DNA of 64,000 nt from Bacteroidota bacterium. GTDB lineage: Bacteria > Bacteroidota > Bacteroidia > Chitinophagales > Chitinophagaceae. Both the position numbers and the translations under genes were made by a program. The stretch spans positions 15,477-79,476 of the forward strand of contig JAUZOD010000012.1 of assembly GCA_030706635.1 (NCBI GenBank), written 5' to 3'. Positions 37,921-46,514 of this stretch are shown here, in pieces. The notes under the pieces are model-generated. The model saw only the letters and a program-made list of their open reading frames with translations, was not told where the DNA came from and made no database searches. How positions within the stretch are numbered: the stretch's first letter is position 1; each line of letters starts with the position of its first letter.

Positions 37921-40065
37921 TTATACGGGAATCAGCAGATCGGTAACGGGTGCCGGACCCGGTTCCGCTGATTCCGGCAGCGTTCTTATATTTTTCTGAT
38001 TCAGGTATTGATATATTTCAATTTGAGAACGGACTTTCTTCGACTGATCTTTTTTGTATTTGTTTTGAAGACCATTATCCAGCCAGCGGGCCTTCACGTT
38101 GTCGGCCAGCTGAATGTTCAGGATTTCTTTCAACTCTTTACGGAGGGTCGGATCGGTTACCGGACAGGTTGCTTCCACCCGGTGATCCATATTCCGGACC
38201 ATCCAGTCAGCCGAAGATATATAAACTTTCTCTTTACCATGGTTATGGAAAATGAACACCCGGGCATGCTCCAGGTACTCATCCAGTATGCTGATGGCTG
38301 TGACCGGCCTCTTAAATTTTTTATTTTCCGGAAGCATGCAGAATATACCCCGCACAATAAGTTTGATTTCTACTCCGGCGCGCGCTGCTTCATACAGTTT
38401 ATAAATAAGCTCCTCGTCAGAAAGCGAATTTACCTTAAGGGTTATTGACGCTGCCTTTTTATTCTTCGCTGCCTTGATCTCGGCATTGATCATCCGGTAA
38501 AGTTCTTTGCGCAGCAGGAGCGGAGAGGGAATAAGCGTTTTACAGGCTTTCAGCGGGCCCGGCCCGTTCTTCCATTTCTCCATGTAGTTGAACATGCGGT
38601 TTACATCCGCCATGATATTGCGGTTGCTGGTGAGCAGGCAATGATCTCCATACATGGTAGCTGTTTTTTCGTTCAGATTGCCTGTGCTTACAAAGCCATA
38701 ATAAATGGAGCGTTGTCCGCTTTTTTTCCGGATGAGGCAAAGCTTGGCATGCACTTTCATGTTGGGAATGATATCAATTACCTTTACACCTTCTTCTTCC
38801 AGCCTGTCTTTCCATTCCAGATTGGCTTCTTCATCGAACCGCGCCCTGAATTCCATCATCGCGGTAACCTGTTTCCCGTTTCTTACAGCGTTGATCAGCG
38901 CATTGATCACTTTTGAATTGGCAGCCAGCCGGTAACAGGTGATCTTGATGGAAGTGACATCGGGGTCTATTGCCGCTTCCCTGAGCATGTCAATTACCGG
39001 GTTGAATGAGTGATAGGGAAAATGCAGCATCAGGTCCTGCTCCAGCACGATATCGGTAATGCGGTGACTTTTCCCGAGAAGTGGCGGGAGAAAAGGTTTT
39101 TTTCGCTGGCCCTTCCGGGGAAATACATCAGGGAATTCCATGAAATGACGGAAATTGTGGATGCGGCCTCCCGGAACCACGTTTCCTTTTTTTGTCAGCG
39201 AAAGCCCTTTAATGAGAAAGTTCAGAAGATCAGGATCCATTTCCTTGTCGAAAACGAACCGGACAAACTTGCCTTTCCGGCGGTTCTTTAATCCCTTCTC
39301 TATTTTCTCAATGAGCGTAGTGGATAAATCGTTGTCTATGTCAATCTCTGCATCTTTGGTCACTTTGAAAACCCAGGAACGGTACCGGTCGTACCCGAAA
39401 TAGGAAAATATGCTTTTCAGATTATACCGGATCACATCTTCCAGCAAAATGATATAATGTTCATCCGGAACCGGTGAGGGGAGGATTACAAACCTGCCCA
39501 GCAGACGGGTGGGTATTTCTATCAGGGCATATTTTTTTTCTTCTGATATGCCCGTTTTACGGGCGAGTACCACACCCAGATAAATAGATTTCTCCCGCAG
39601 ATAAGGAAACTGGGGAATGCTCTGGATCATCAGCGGAATGATATTGACGCGGGCTTCTTCTTCAAAATAGTTCTGTACAAATTTCTGCTGTTCTTTGTTT
39701 AGTTCCTTTTCGGTGATGAGAAAGATTTTTTCACTGGTCATTTCGGCATTGATATTTTTCCATATCTCGTCGAATCGATCCTGCTGAACCAGCACAATAT
39801 CCTGAATCTGGTCCAGAATCTTTTCCGGGGCCGTTTCCATATGCATGTTCAGTTTGCCCTTGCCGCTGAATTCCTTCATCCTGTTGAGGGCAGCCACCCG
39901 CACGCGGAAGAACTCGTCGAGATTATTGGAGAATATGCCCAGAAATTTCACCCTTTCCCGGAGCGGCACCGAAGGATCCGCCGCCTCCTGTAATACCCTG
40001 GAGTTAAAGGCCAGCCAGCTGATATCCCTCGGGATCGTTCTTCTTTTCATAACTGCCATGCTCAT
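37921..40065 (-). CDS. ppk1: polyphosphate kinase 1
   Basis: 714 aa. The N-terminus DISWLAFNSRVLQEA and overall PPK1 architecture are characteristic. Confidence 0.93.
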   Translation of the reverse strand: MSMAVMKRRTIPRDISWLAFNSRVLQEAADPSVPLRERVKFLGIFSNNLDEFFRVRVAALNRMKEFSGKGKLNMHMETAPEKILDQIQDIVLVQQDRFDEIWKNINAEMTSEKIFLITEKELNKEQQKFVQNYFEEEARVNIIPLMIQSIPQFPYLREKSIYLGVVLARKTGISEEKKYALIEIPTRLLGRFVILPSPVPDEHYIILLEDVIRYNLKSIFSYFGYDRYRSWVFKVTKDAEIDIDNDLSTTLIEKIEKGLKNRRKGKFVRFVFDKEMDPDLLNFLIKGLSLTKKGNVVPGGRIHNFRHFMEFPDVFPRKGQRKKPFLPPLLGKSHRITDIVLEQDLMLHFPYHSFNPVIDMLREAAIDPDVTSIKITCYRLAANSKVINALINAVRNGKQVTAMMEFRARFDEEANLEWKDRLEEEGVKVIDIIPNMKVHAKLCLIRKKSGQRSIYYGFVSTGNLNEKTATMYGDHCLLTSNRNIMADVNRMFNYMEKWKNGPGPLKACKTLIPSPLLLRKELYRMINAEIKAAKNKKAASITLKVNSLSDEELIYKLYEAARAGVEIKLIVRGIFCMLPENKKFKRPVTAISILDEYLEHARVFIFHNHGKEKVYISSADWMVRNMDHRVEATCPVTDPTLRKELKEILNIQLADNVKARWLDNGLQNKYKKDQSKKVRSQIEIYQYLNQKNIRTLPESAEPGPAPVTDLLIPV

Positions 40066-40133
40066 CCCCTTTTTTGCAAAGTATCGAAAGGGAAAGGGAT
40101 AGTAAATTAAGGAATTATTAATTTAGGGGAGGC

Positions 40134-40257
40134 AATGTGTAAATGTGGAAATGTGTAAATGTGCTAATGTCCATAATTAACACATTATATAATTACTTAA
40201 TCTGAAGACTCCTTCTTTCATTTAGACATCAGCACATTTCCACATTTCCACATTTCC
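40134..40257. repeat. array palindrome, class I (AAATGTGN octamer arms)
   Basis: The last 33 nt of the left arm (40134-40171) pair with the right arm (40225-40257) at 30 of 33 positions. The loop is 53 nt and AT-rich. Confidence 0.85.
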
Positions 40258-40318
40258 CCCCATTCTTTTTGAAAATCCCGAACTTTTCCCGACCTTCGCC
40301 GTCCAAAATTCCGATGGT

Positions 40319-40555
40319 ATGTCCAGAGTATGTCAGGTGACAGGTAAGCGTCCAATTACAGGAAACAGCATTTCGCATTCCAATATTAAAACGAAACGCT
40401 GGTTCTTACCCAACCTCCAGCACAAGCGTTTTTTTCTGGCAGAAGAAAACAAATGGGTTACCCTGAAACTTTCGTCTGAAGGAATCAGAACCATTAACAA
40501 GCGTGGACTTTACACCGTAGTAAAGGAACTGAGAAAAGCGGGGGAAAAGATCTGA
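40319..40555 (+). CDS. rpmB: 50S ribosomal protein L28
   Basis: [34 protein letters not shown]. Confidence 0.95.
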   Translation: MSRVCQVTGKRPITGNSISHSNIKTKRWFLPNLQHKRFFLAEENKWVTLKLSSEGIRTINKRGLYTVVKELRKAGEKI

Positions 40556-40604
40556 TTGGTCAATCCGGCCCGTAAGGCCGATAAAACATATTAAACTTAG
40601 CAAG

Positions 40605-40787
40605 ATGGCAAAGAAAGGCAGCAGGGTTCAGGTGATTCTGGAATGTACCGAGCACAAGGCCAGCGGTAAACCTGGTACAAGCCGCTATATTACGGTAAAG
40701 AACAAAAAGAATAACCCCGAAAGGATGGAACTGAAGAAATTCAATCCCATTCTGAAGAAGGTAACGGTTCATAAAGAAATCAAGTAG
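40605..40787 (+). CDS. rpmG: 50S ribosomal protein L33
   Basis: [18 protein letters not shown]...[21 protein letters not shown]. Confidence 0.95.
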   Translation: MAKKGSRVQVILECTEHKASGKPGTSRYITVKNKKNNPERMELKKFNPILKKVTVHKEIK

Positions 40788-40873
40788 AATGTGGAAAAAT
40801 GAAAATGTGGAAATGTGCTAATGCTTTAGACTTTCTTCATTTACACATCATCACATCAACACATTAACACATT
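40788..40873. repeat. array palindrome, class I, degenerate (only ATGTG/CACAT cores pair)
   Basis: The left arm (40788-40824) and right arm (40838-40873) are complementary at about 24 of 36 positions, in 8-nt phase. The element fills the entire rpmG-DUF4295 spacer. Confidence 0.7.
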
Positions 40874-40879
40874 AATTAT

Positions 40880-41053
40880 ATGGCAAAAGCAGCAAAAACC
40901 GCGATCAAGACCAAAGATGCCCGGGCCGCAGCGGAAGCAAAGAACTGGACAAAGGTGGTGAAAGCCGTACGGAGTCCCAAGACCGGTGCATATACTTTTA
41001 AAGAAGCCATTATCCATAAGGATAAGATCAAGCAGTATCTTGCCCAGAAATAA
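40880..41053 (+). CDS. DUF4295 family small basic protein (57 aa)
   Basis: Hand translation gives MAKAAKTAIKTKDARAAAEAKNWTKVVKAVRSPKTGAYTFKEAIIHKDKIKQYLAQK*. It is below the track size cutoff. Its position after rpmB-rpmG is conserved in Bacteroidota as far as I recall. Confidence 0.7.
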   Translation: MAKAAKTAIKTKDARAAAEAKNWTKVVKAVRSPKTGAYTFKEAIIHKDKIKQYLAQK

Positions 41054-41078
41054 AGTAACCGGTTAAATCATTTTATAG

Positions 41079-41109
41079 AAAGCTGTTCCCTGTCCGGAAC
41101 GGCTTTTTT
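41079..41109 (+). terminator. rho-independent terminator of the rpmB operon
   Basis: An 11-bp stem aaagctgttcc / ggaacggcttt (one G-T pair) with a 6-nt loop and a T-run. Confidence 0.75.
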
Positions 41110-41138
41110 ACTTTTTCCTCGGGCATAAAATAGAGTAT

Positions 41139-42101
41139 ATGGGTTTTTTCGACAAGCTTTTTGGAAAGAAGGAAAAGCAAACACTGGATGAAGGCCTTCA
41201 GAAAACCAAGGAAGGGTTCTTTTCCCGGATCGGCAAAGCCATTGCCGGTAAAAGCACGGTGGACGAAGAAGTGCTGGACAATCTGGAAGAAGCATTGGTC
41301 AGCGCGGATGTGGGCGTGGACACCACGCTCGAAATTATCCGGCGTATTGAAAAACGAGTTCAGCAGGACAAGTATCTCAATACCTCGGAACTCCATCAGA
41401 TTCTCCGGGGAGAAATAGAAAATATCCTTACGGAAAGCGGGTCAGCCGGTCTTCGCGGTTTTGAACTCCCGCCTGTAAAGCCCTATGTAATCCTGGTGGT
41501 TGGAGTGAACGGAGCCGGCAAAACAACGACCATTGGCAAGCTGGCCTATAACTTCAAGAAAGCCGGGTATTCTGTTTTACTTGGGGCAGCGGATACATTC
41601 CGGGCAGCTGCAACGGATCAGTTGAATATCTGGAGTGAAAGGGTAGGCGTGCCCATCGTGAAGCAGGGTATGGGTGCAGATCCCGCTTCGGTTGCCTTTG
41701 ACTCCGTTCAGAGCGGCATCTCAAGAGCATCGGATGTGGTTATTGTGGATACAGCCGGCCGTTTGCACAACAAGGTCAATCTGATGGAGGAACTCAGTAA
41801 GATCAGACGTGTGATGAAAAAGCTGTTGCCAGACGCCCCCCATGAGGTGTTGCTGGTGCTCGACGGCAGCACAGGCCAGAATGCCCTGGAGCAGGCAAAA
41901 CAGTTTACCGCCGCTACGGATGTTACCGCCCTGGCCATCACCAAGCTGGACGGTACAGCCAAAGGCGGCGTGGTATTGGCCATAGCCCATCAATTTAAGA
42001 TTCCGGTAAAGTTTATTGGTGTTGGTGAAAAGATGGAAGATTTGCTGCTGTTTGACGGTCATGAATTTGTTGACAGTCTTTTCAAACAGGCAAATGGTTA
42101 A
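41139..42101 (+). CDS. ftsY: signal recognition particle-docking protein FtsY
   Basis: SRP GTPase motifs GVNGAGKTTT, DTAGR and TKLDG. Confidence 0.95.
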   Translation: MGFFDKLFGKKEKQTLDEGLQKTKEGFFSRIGKAIAGKSTVDEEVLDNLEEALVSADVGVDTTLEIIRRIEKRVQQDKYLNTSELHQILRGEIENILTESGSAGLRGFELPPVKPYVILVVGVNGAGKTTTIGKLAYNFKKAGYSVLLGAADTFRAAATDQLNIWSERVGVPIVKQGMGADPASVAFDSVQSGISRASDVVIVDTAGRLHNKVNLMEELSKIRRVMKKLLPDAPHEVLLVLDGSTGQNALEQAKQFTAATDVTALAITKLDGTAKGGVVLAIAHQFKIPVKFIGVGEKMEDLLLFDGHEFVDSLFKQANG

Positions 42102-43260
42102 CCGTTTTGTCAAGGCTTCTTCTTAATAAAAACCAGCCTGTGACTGCTGCGCAAAGGGAAGCCAGCAGAACGGCGACCTTCGAGTTTTGAATTTCTTGCG
42201 GATTTGTACTGAAAGCCAGGTTGCTGATGAAAATGGACATGGTAAAACCTATACCCGCAAGCAAACCCGTTCCCAAAAGATTCGCGCGGTTCATGTCTTT
42301 AGGTAAACTGGCAAGACCCACAGAAACTGCCAGCAGGCTGAAGCCGGCTATTCCCAAAGGTTTTCCGAGAAGCAACCCCAATGTTATACCCAGACTATTT
42401 GCACTGCCCATTTCCCTGTGCCATCCCGGAGCCAGATGAATGGCTGTGTTGGCCAGGGCAAACAACGGGATGATGAAAAAATTTACCGGAGTGTGCAGTG
42501 CATGCTGGAGCCTGGCCGAGGGCTGATTCTCCATATTTTTCCTGAAAGGAATAGCAAAAGCCAGCAGGATGCCGCTGAGGGTCGGATGCACACCTGAACG
42601 ATAAAGAAAATACCAGAGTATAATACCTGCCGGAAGATATATCCACAAGGAAAATACCCGCAGGCGGTTGAGCAGAATCAGGATGGCAAACAAGGCTAAA
42701 GCCAGGAAAAGGAAGAAGCCTGAAAATGATTGCGTATAAAAGATGGCAATGATGATCACCGCCCCGAGATCATCTATGATCGCCAATGCCGTTAAAAAGA
42801 TTTTTAGTGTCTGTGGCACCCGGCTTCCGAGCAGGGACAATACGCCCAGCGAAAAGGCGATATCTGTGGCCATGGGAATACCGATGCCTGCCTGTTCAGG
42901 CTTGCCATGATTGAACAGGAAATGAATGGCTGCCGGAACCAGCATACCCCCGATCGCAGCCACGGCAGGCAGTATGGCATTTTTAAATGCTGACAGCTCC
43001 CCGATATAGATTTCCCGCTCTATTTCAAGGCCCACCAATAAAAAGAAAATAGTCATCAGTCCGTCGTTAATCCATTCTTCAATCCGGAATGGAATAGTCA
43101 ACCCGCCAATCCTCAGCGAGGCAGGAATATGCCAGAAATGAGCATATTCTTTTCCCAGAGGGGAATTCGCCAGAATCAGGGAAACGAGGGTGCAGAGAAT
43201 CAGGATCAGCCCCCCGGCTTTTTCGCTTTTAAAAAACTGCTGGAACAGGTTTGGTTTCAT
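42082..43260 (-). CDS. nhaA: Na+/H+ antiporter NhaA
   Basis: 392 aa polytopic protein. N-terminus FFKSEKAGGLILILCTLVSLILANSP, and the IIDDLGAVIIIAIFY motif. Confidence 0.9.
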   Translation of the reverse strand: MKPNLFQQFFKSEKAGGLILILCTLVSLILANSPLGKEYAHFWHIPASLRIGGLTIPFRIEEWINDGLMTIFFLLVGLEIEREIYIGELSAFKNAILPAVAAIGGMLVPAAIHFLFNHGKPEQAGIGIPMATDIAFSLGVLSLLGSRVPQTLKIFLTALAIIDDLGAVIIIAIFYTQSFSGFFLFLALALFAILILLNRLRVFSLWIYLPAGIILWYFLYRSGVHPTLSGILLAFAIPFRKNMENQPSARLQHALHTPVNFFIIPLFALANTAIHLAPGWHREMGSANSLGITLGLLLGKPLGIAGFSLLAVSVGLASLPKDMNRANLLGTGLLAGIGFTMSIFISNLAFSTNPQEIQNSKVAVLLASLCAAVTGWFLLRRSLDKTVNHLPV

Positions 43261-43282
43261 TGGAAGACCAATATAAGAATTT

Positions 43283-43369
43283 GTTGACGGTTGACGGATG
43301 ACGGTTGACGGACTTTAAGTGCGAATTCGCGCCCGAGAATGGTCAACCGTCATCCGTCAACCGTCATCC
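43283..43369. repeat. array palindrome, class II, copy 2
   Basis: A perfect 25-bp stem pairs 43285-43309 with 43342-43366; the arms are GTTGACG/GATGACG heptamers. The 32-nt apex starts GGACTTT and has a mini-hairpin gtgcg-aatt-cgcgc at 43319-43332. Confidence 0.9.
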
Positions 43370-43398
43370 CGAAAATCAGAATGCCTGTAATTTCTGCT

Positions 43399-43406
43399 TA
43401 CCTTTG
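43399..43406 (+). promoter_or_regulatory. putative -7 box for rimO (near-leaderless geometry)
   Basis: TACCTTTG, ending 6 nt before the ATG at 43413. Confidence 0.3.
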
Positions 43407-43412
43407 CCGCGC

Positions 43413-44726
43413 ATGAAAACAAAGTCAATCCGGAGGGATAAGGTAAACATCATCACGCTGGGTTGCAGCAAGAATATGGTGGACAGTGAAGTGCTGAGCG
43501 GCCAGCTCCGCGCGAACGAAATTGACGTGGTTCATGAAAATGCCCGGCATGATCATAATATCGTGGTGGTAAATACCTGCGGGTTCATTGATAAGGCCAA
43601 GGAAGAATCGGTCAACACGATCATAGAACAGGTGGCTTTAAAAAAGAAGGGCAGGCTGGATAAGGTTTATGTTACCGGATGCCTGAGCCAGCGCTATCGG
43701 GATGATCTTGAAAAGGAAATACCTGAAGTGGACGCCTGGTTCGGCACACTGGAACTGCCCTTTCTCCTGAAGCAATTCGAAGCTGACTATAAGGCGGAAC
43801 TTATTGGCGAAAGATTGCTATCTACACCAAGGCATTATGCTTATCTGAAAATTTCAGAAGGTTGCAATCGCACCTGCGCTTTTTGTGCTATTCCGCTCAT
43901 GCGCGGCCGGCATATCAGTAAAACCATTGAAGATCTTGTTAAGGAAGCCGAGGGCCTGGTGAGAATGGGCGTGAAAGAAGTGATGCTGATTGCCCAGGAA
44001 CTTACCTATTACGGCCTGGATATTTACAGGAGAAGAGCGTTGCCCGATCTGCTGAATCGTTTAGCGGATGTAAAAGGACTGGAATGGATCCGTCTTCACT
44101 ATGCCTACCCGTCTAAATTTCCACTGGAAATTTTAGATGTGGTTCGCGACCGCGATAATATTTGTAAATACCTGGATATGCCTTTACAGCATGCCAGCGA
44201 TTCCATGCTCCAGGCCATGCGCCGGCAGATAACCCGTTCCGAAATGACAGAACTGATTCATGCTGTTCGTGAAAAAGTCCCGGGTATTTGCCTGCGGACG
44301 ACCCTGATTGCCGGATTCCCGGGTGAGCGGGAACAGGATGTGGAGGAGCTGAAGGAATTTTTACAGGAGCACCGCTTTGACCGGGTAGGGATATTCACCT
44401 ATTCGCATGAGGAAGGAACCGGTGCCTTTGAATTGGAAGATGATGTTCCGCCTGCTGAAAAAGAACGCAGGGCCCGGGAAATTATGGAAGTGCAGCAGGA
44501 AATTTCTTATGAGAAGAACCAGGAAAAAATAGGAAAAACGTTTAAGACCATCATAGATAAAAAGGAAGCCGGCCGTTATATCGGCAGAACGGAATTTGAT
44601 TCGGTTGAGGTGGATAACGAAGTGATTATAGCTGCAGATAAGCCTTTGGCCATCGGCGAATTCGTACAGGTAAAGGTCAGCAAAGCCTATGATTTTGATC
44701 TTGAAGGGGAAGTGGTTGAAAAATGA
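43413..44726 (+). CDS. rimO: ribosomal protein S12 methylthiotransferase RimO
   Basis: I take the start at MKTKSIRRDKVNIITLGCSKN; the track ORF start at 43305 reads through the palindrome. It has the radical-SAM motif EGCNRTCAFCAIP and a TRAM-like C-terminus. Confidence 0.9.
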   Translation: MKTKSIRRDKVNIITLGCSKNMVDSEVLSGQLRANEIDVVHENARHDHNIVVVNTCGFIDKAKEESVNTIIEQVALKKKGRLDKVYVTGCLSQRYRDDLEKEIPEVDAWFGTLELPFLLKQFEADYKAELIGERLLSTPRHYAYLKISEGCNRTCAFCAIPLMRGRHISKTIEDLVKEAEGLVRMGVKEVMLIAQELTYYGLDIYRRRALPDLLNRLADVKGLEWIRLHYAYPSKFPLEILDVVRDRDNICKYLDMPLQHASDSMLQAMRRQITRSEMTELIHAVREKVPGICLRTTLIAGFPGEREQDVEELKEFLQEHRFDRVGIFTYSHEEGTGAFELEDDVPPAEKERRAREIMEVQQEISYEKNQEKIGKTFKTIIDKKEAGRYIGRTEFDSVEVDNEVIIAADKPLAIGEFVQVKVSKAYDFDLEGEVVEK

Positions 44727-44811
44727 GAAAGGAAATTGAACAAAAAAAACATTTTGCTGTTAGATAAGCGCTGAAACCGAAATGTTTGGAGATATCTGAC
44801 TTAATCAGCTT

Positions 44812-46407
44812 ATGAATTTTACTGCCCACAGACTGCCGTACGAACAAACCGGGTATTTTTCCAGATTGGTAAACGGTTACCTGAATGGCGATGATTTCCT
44901 GAAATCTTTTTATGCACATCCCGTTTCGCTGGCGGGAATAGCAGCAGCTATCCGTGCCCGTGAACAATTTCCAACAGTCAGGGATACCCTGGTTCAGGTG
45001 CTTCAGGATCAGTATAAAGACCAGCCCGCGAATGAATTGGTGAATGACAGTATCCGGCAGTTGCTGAATCAAAATACGTTTACGGTTACGACGGCTCATC
45101 AGCCCGCAATTTTTACAGGCAGCCTCTATTTTATTTACAAAATCCTGCACGTCATTAAAACGGCTGCAGATCTTTCGGTCAAATTTCCGGGAAAAAATTT
45201 TCTTCCCATCTACTATATGGGAAGCGAAGATGCTGACCTGGAAGAGCTGGGCCACATTTACCTTGACCAGGAGAAGATCTCATGGAACACCAGCCAGACG
45301 GGAGCCGTGGGAAGGATGAGCACCAGCGGATTGGAGGAAATCCTGCAACGGATCGAAGGCGAGTTTGCTGACCAGCCCCATGGCCCGGAATTGTTTCAAT
45401 TGCTGAAGACCTGCTATCTGGAATCAGACACGGTGCAGTCGGCAACATTCAAACTGCTTCATCATCTTTTTGGTGATTACGGGTTGATCGTGCTCATCGC
45501 GGATGATCCGAGACTCAAGACGCTCATGAAACCGGTTTTCAGAGATGATCTGTTTAGTCACAAGCCTTTTCAGATCACCCGGCAAACCGTCCATCGTTTG
45601 TCGGAGCAATATCCTGCACAGGCTAATCCCAGGGAGATTAACCTTTTCTATATGAAAGACAATACCCGGGAAAGGATTGATTTAAAAGAAGGTCAGTACA
45701 AAGTACATAACAGCGGGATCTCTTTTTCGCGGGAAACCCTGGAGGCTGAACTGGAAGCGTATCCGGAGCGGTTTAGCCCGAATGTCATTCTGCGGGGACT
45801 GTTCCAGGAAACCATTCTCCCCGATATTGCTTTTGTCGGCGGTGGTGGAGAAACTGCTTACTGGCTGGAACTAAAATCTTTGTTTGATCATTATCGGGTG
45901 CCCTATCCGGTCCTGATCCTGCGCAATTCCTTTTTATTGATCCGGAAACCATGGAGAATAAAAATGGAAAAGGCAGGACTCTCTCCGGAAACGGTTTTTC
46001 AAAAAGGAGAATTGCTTTTGGAGCAGACCGTAAAAAGCCATTCATCCAATCAGCTGAACCTGGAGAAAGAAATCCGGCAACTCGAAGCCTATTACCATTC
46101 CCTGAAACAAATTACGGAAGCCGTGGATGAGACGCTGTCCCAGCATGTAGAATCTTTGCGCAGCAAGGCTTTGAAGGGCGTTTGTGAATTGGAAAAAAAG
46201 ATCCTTCGCGCAGAAAAAAGAAATTTTGCTGACGCAGGGGCAAGAATACAGGAGGTGCGGGCGGCTCTTTTCCCCCTGGAGGGCCTGCAGGAAAGGATAG
46301 AGAACTTTATTCCCTGGTACGCCATTTACGGCAAAAGCTTCTTTGATCTTATTTATAAAAACTCTCTCACGCTGGAAGGAGAGTTTGTCGTGTTGGAGGA
46401 GCAATAA
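44812..46407 (+). CDS. bshC: bacillithiol biosynthesis cysteine-adding enzyme BshC
   Basis: 531 aa. The N-terminus LPYEQTGYFSRLVNGYLNGDDFLKSFY is typical of BshC/YllA. Confidence 0.8.
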   Translation: MNFTAHRLPYEQTGYFSRLVNGYLNGDDFLKSFYAHPVSLAGIAAAIRAREQFPTVRDTLVQVLQDQYKDQPANELVNDSIRQLLNQNTFTVTTAHQPAIFTGSLYFIYKILHVIKTAADLSVKFPGKNFLPIYYMGSEDADLEELGHIYLDQEKISWNTSQTGAVGRMSTSGLEEILQRIEGEFADQPHGPELFQLLKTCYLESDTVQSATFKLLHHLFGDYGLIVLIADDPRLKTLMKPVFRDDLFSHKPFQITRQTVHRLSEQYPAQANPREINLFYMKDNTRERIDLKEGQYKVHNSGISFSRETLEAELEAYPERFSPNVILRGLFQETILPDIAFVGGGGETAYWLELKSLFDHYRVPYPVLILRNSFLLIRKPWRIKMEKAGLSPETVFQKGELLLEQTVKSHSSNQLNLEKEIRQLEAYYHSLKQITEAVDETLSQHVESLRSKALKGVCELEKKILRAEKRNFADAGARIQEVRAALFPLEGLQERIENFIPWYAIYGKSFFDLIYKNSLTLEGEFVVLEEQ

Positions 46408-46412
46408 ATAAA

Positions 46413-46497
46413 GTTGATGGTATATGGTTGATGGTTGATGGACTTTAGTGTACCGTTGCACCTGATTTCCATCAACCATCAACCATACACCATCAAC
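46413..46497. repeat. array palindrome, class II, copy 3
   Basis: Arms 46413-46441 and 46469-46497 are complementary at 28 of 29 positions. The 27-nt apex starts ACTTTAG and has a mini-hairpin gtgta-ccgt-tgcac at 46448-46461. Confidence 0.9.
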
Positions 46498-46514
46498 GAA
46501 AAGATCCGGAGAAA

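Noticed and set aside
43305-43412. ORF-track N-terminal extensions and small ORFs that run through the array palindromes (43305-43412, 62804-62872, 52859..53167, 53053..53241, 53265..53564, 2508..2795)
   Set aside because: The peptides are periodic translations of 7- or 8-nt repeats (for example PLSTVHCPLSTVHC and FTFTHFHIYTLT). Conserved N-terminal motifs of rimO and aroK begin at the downstream ATGs.
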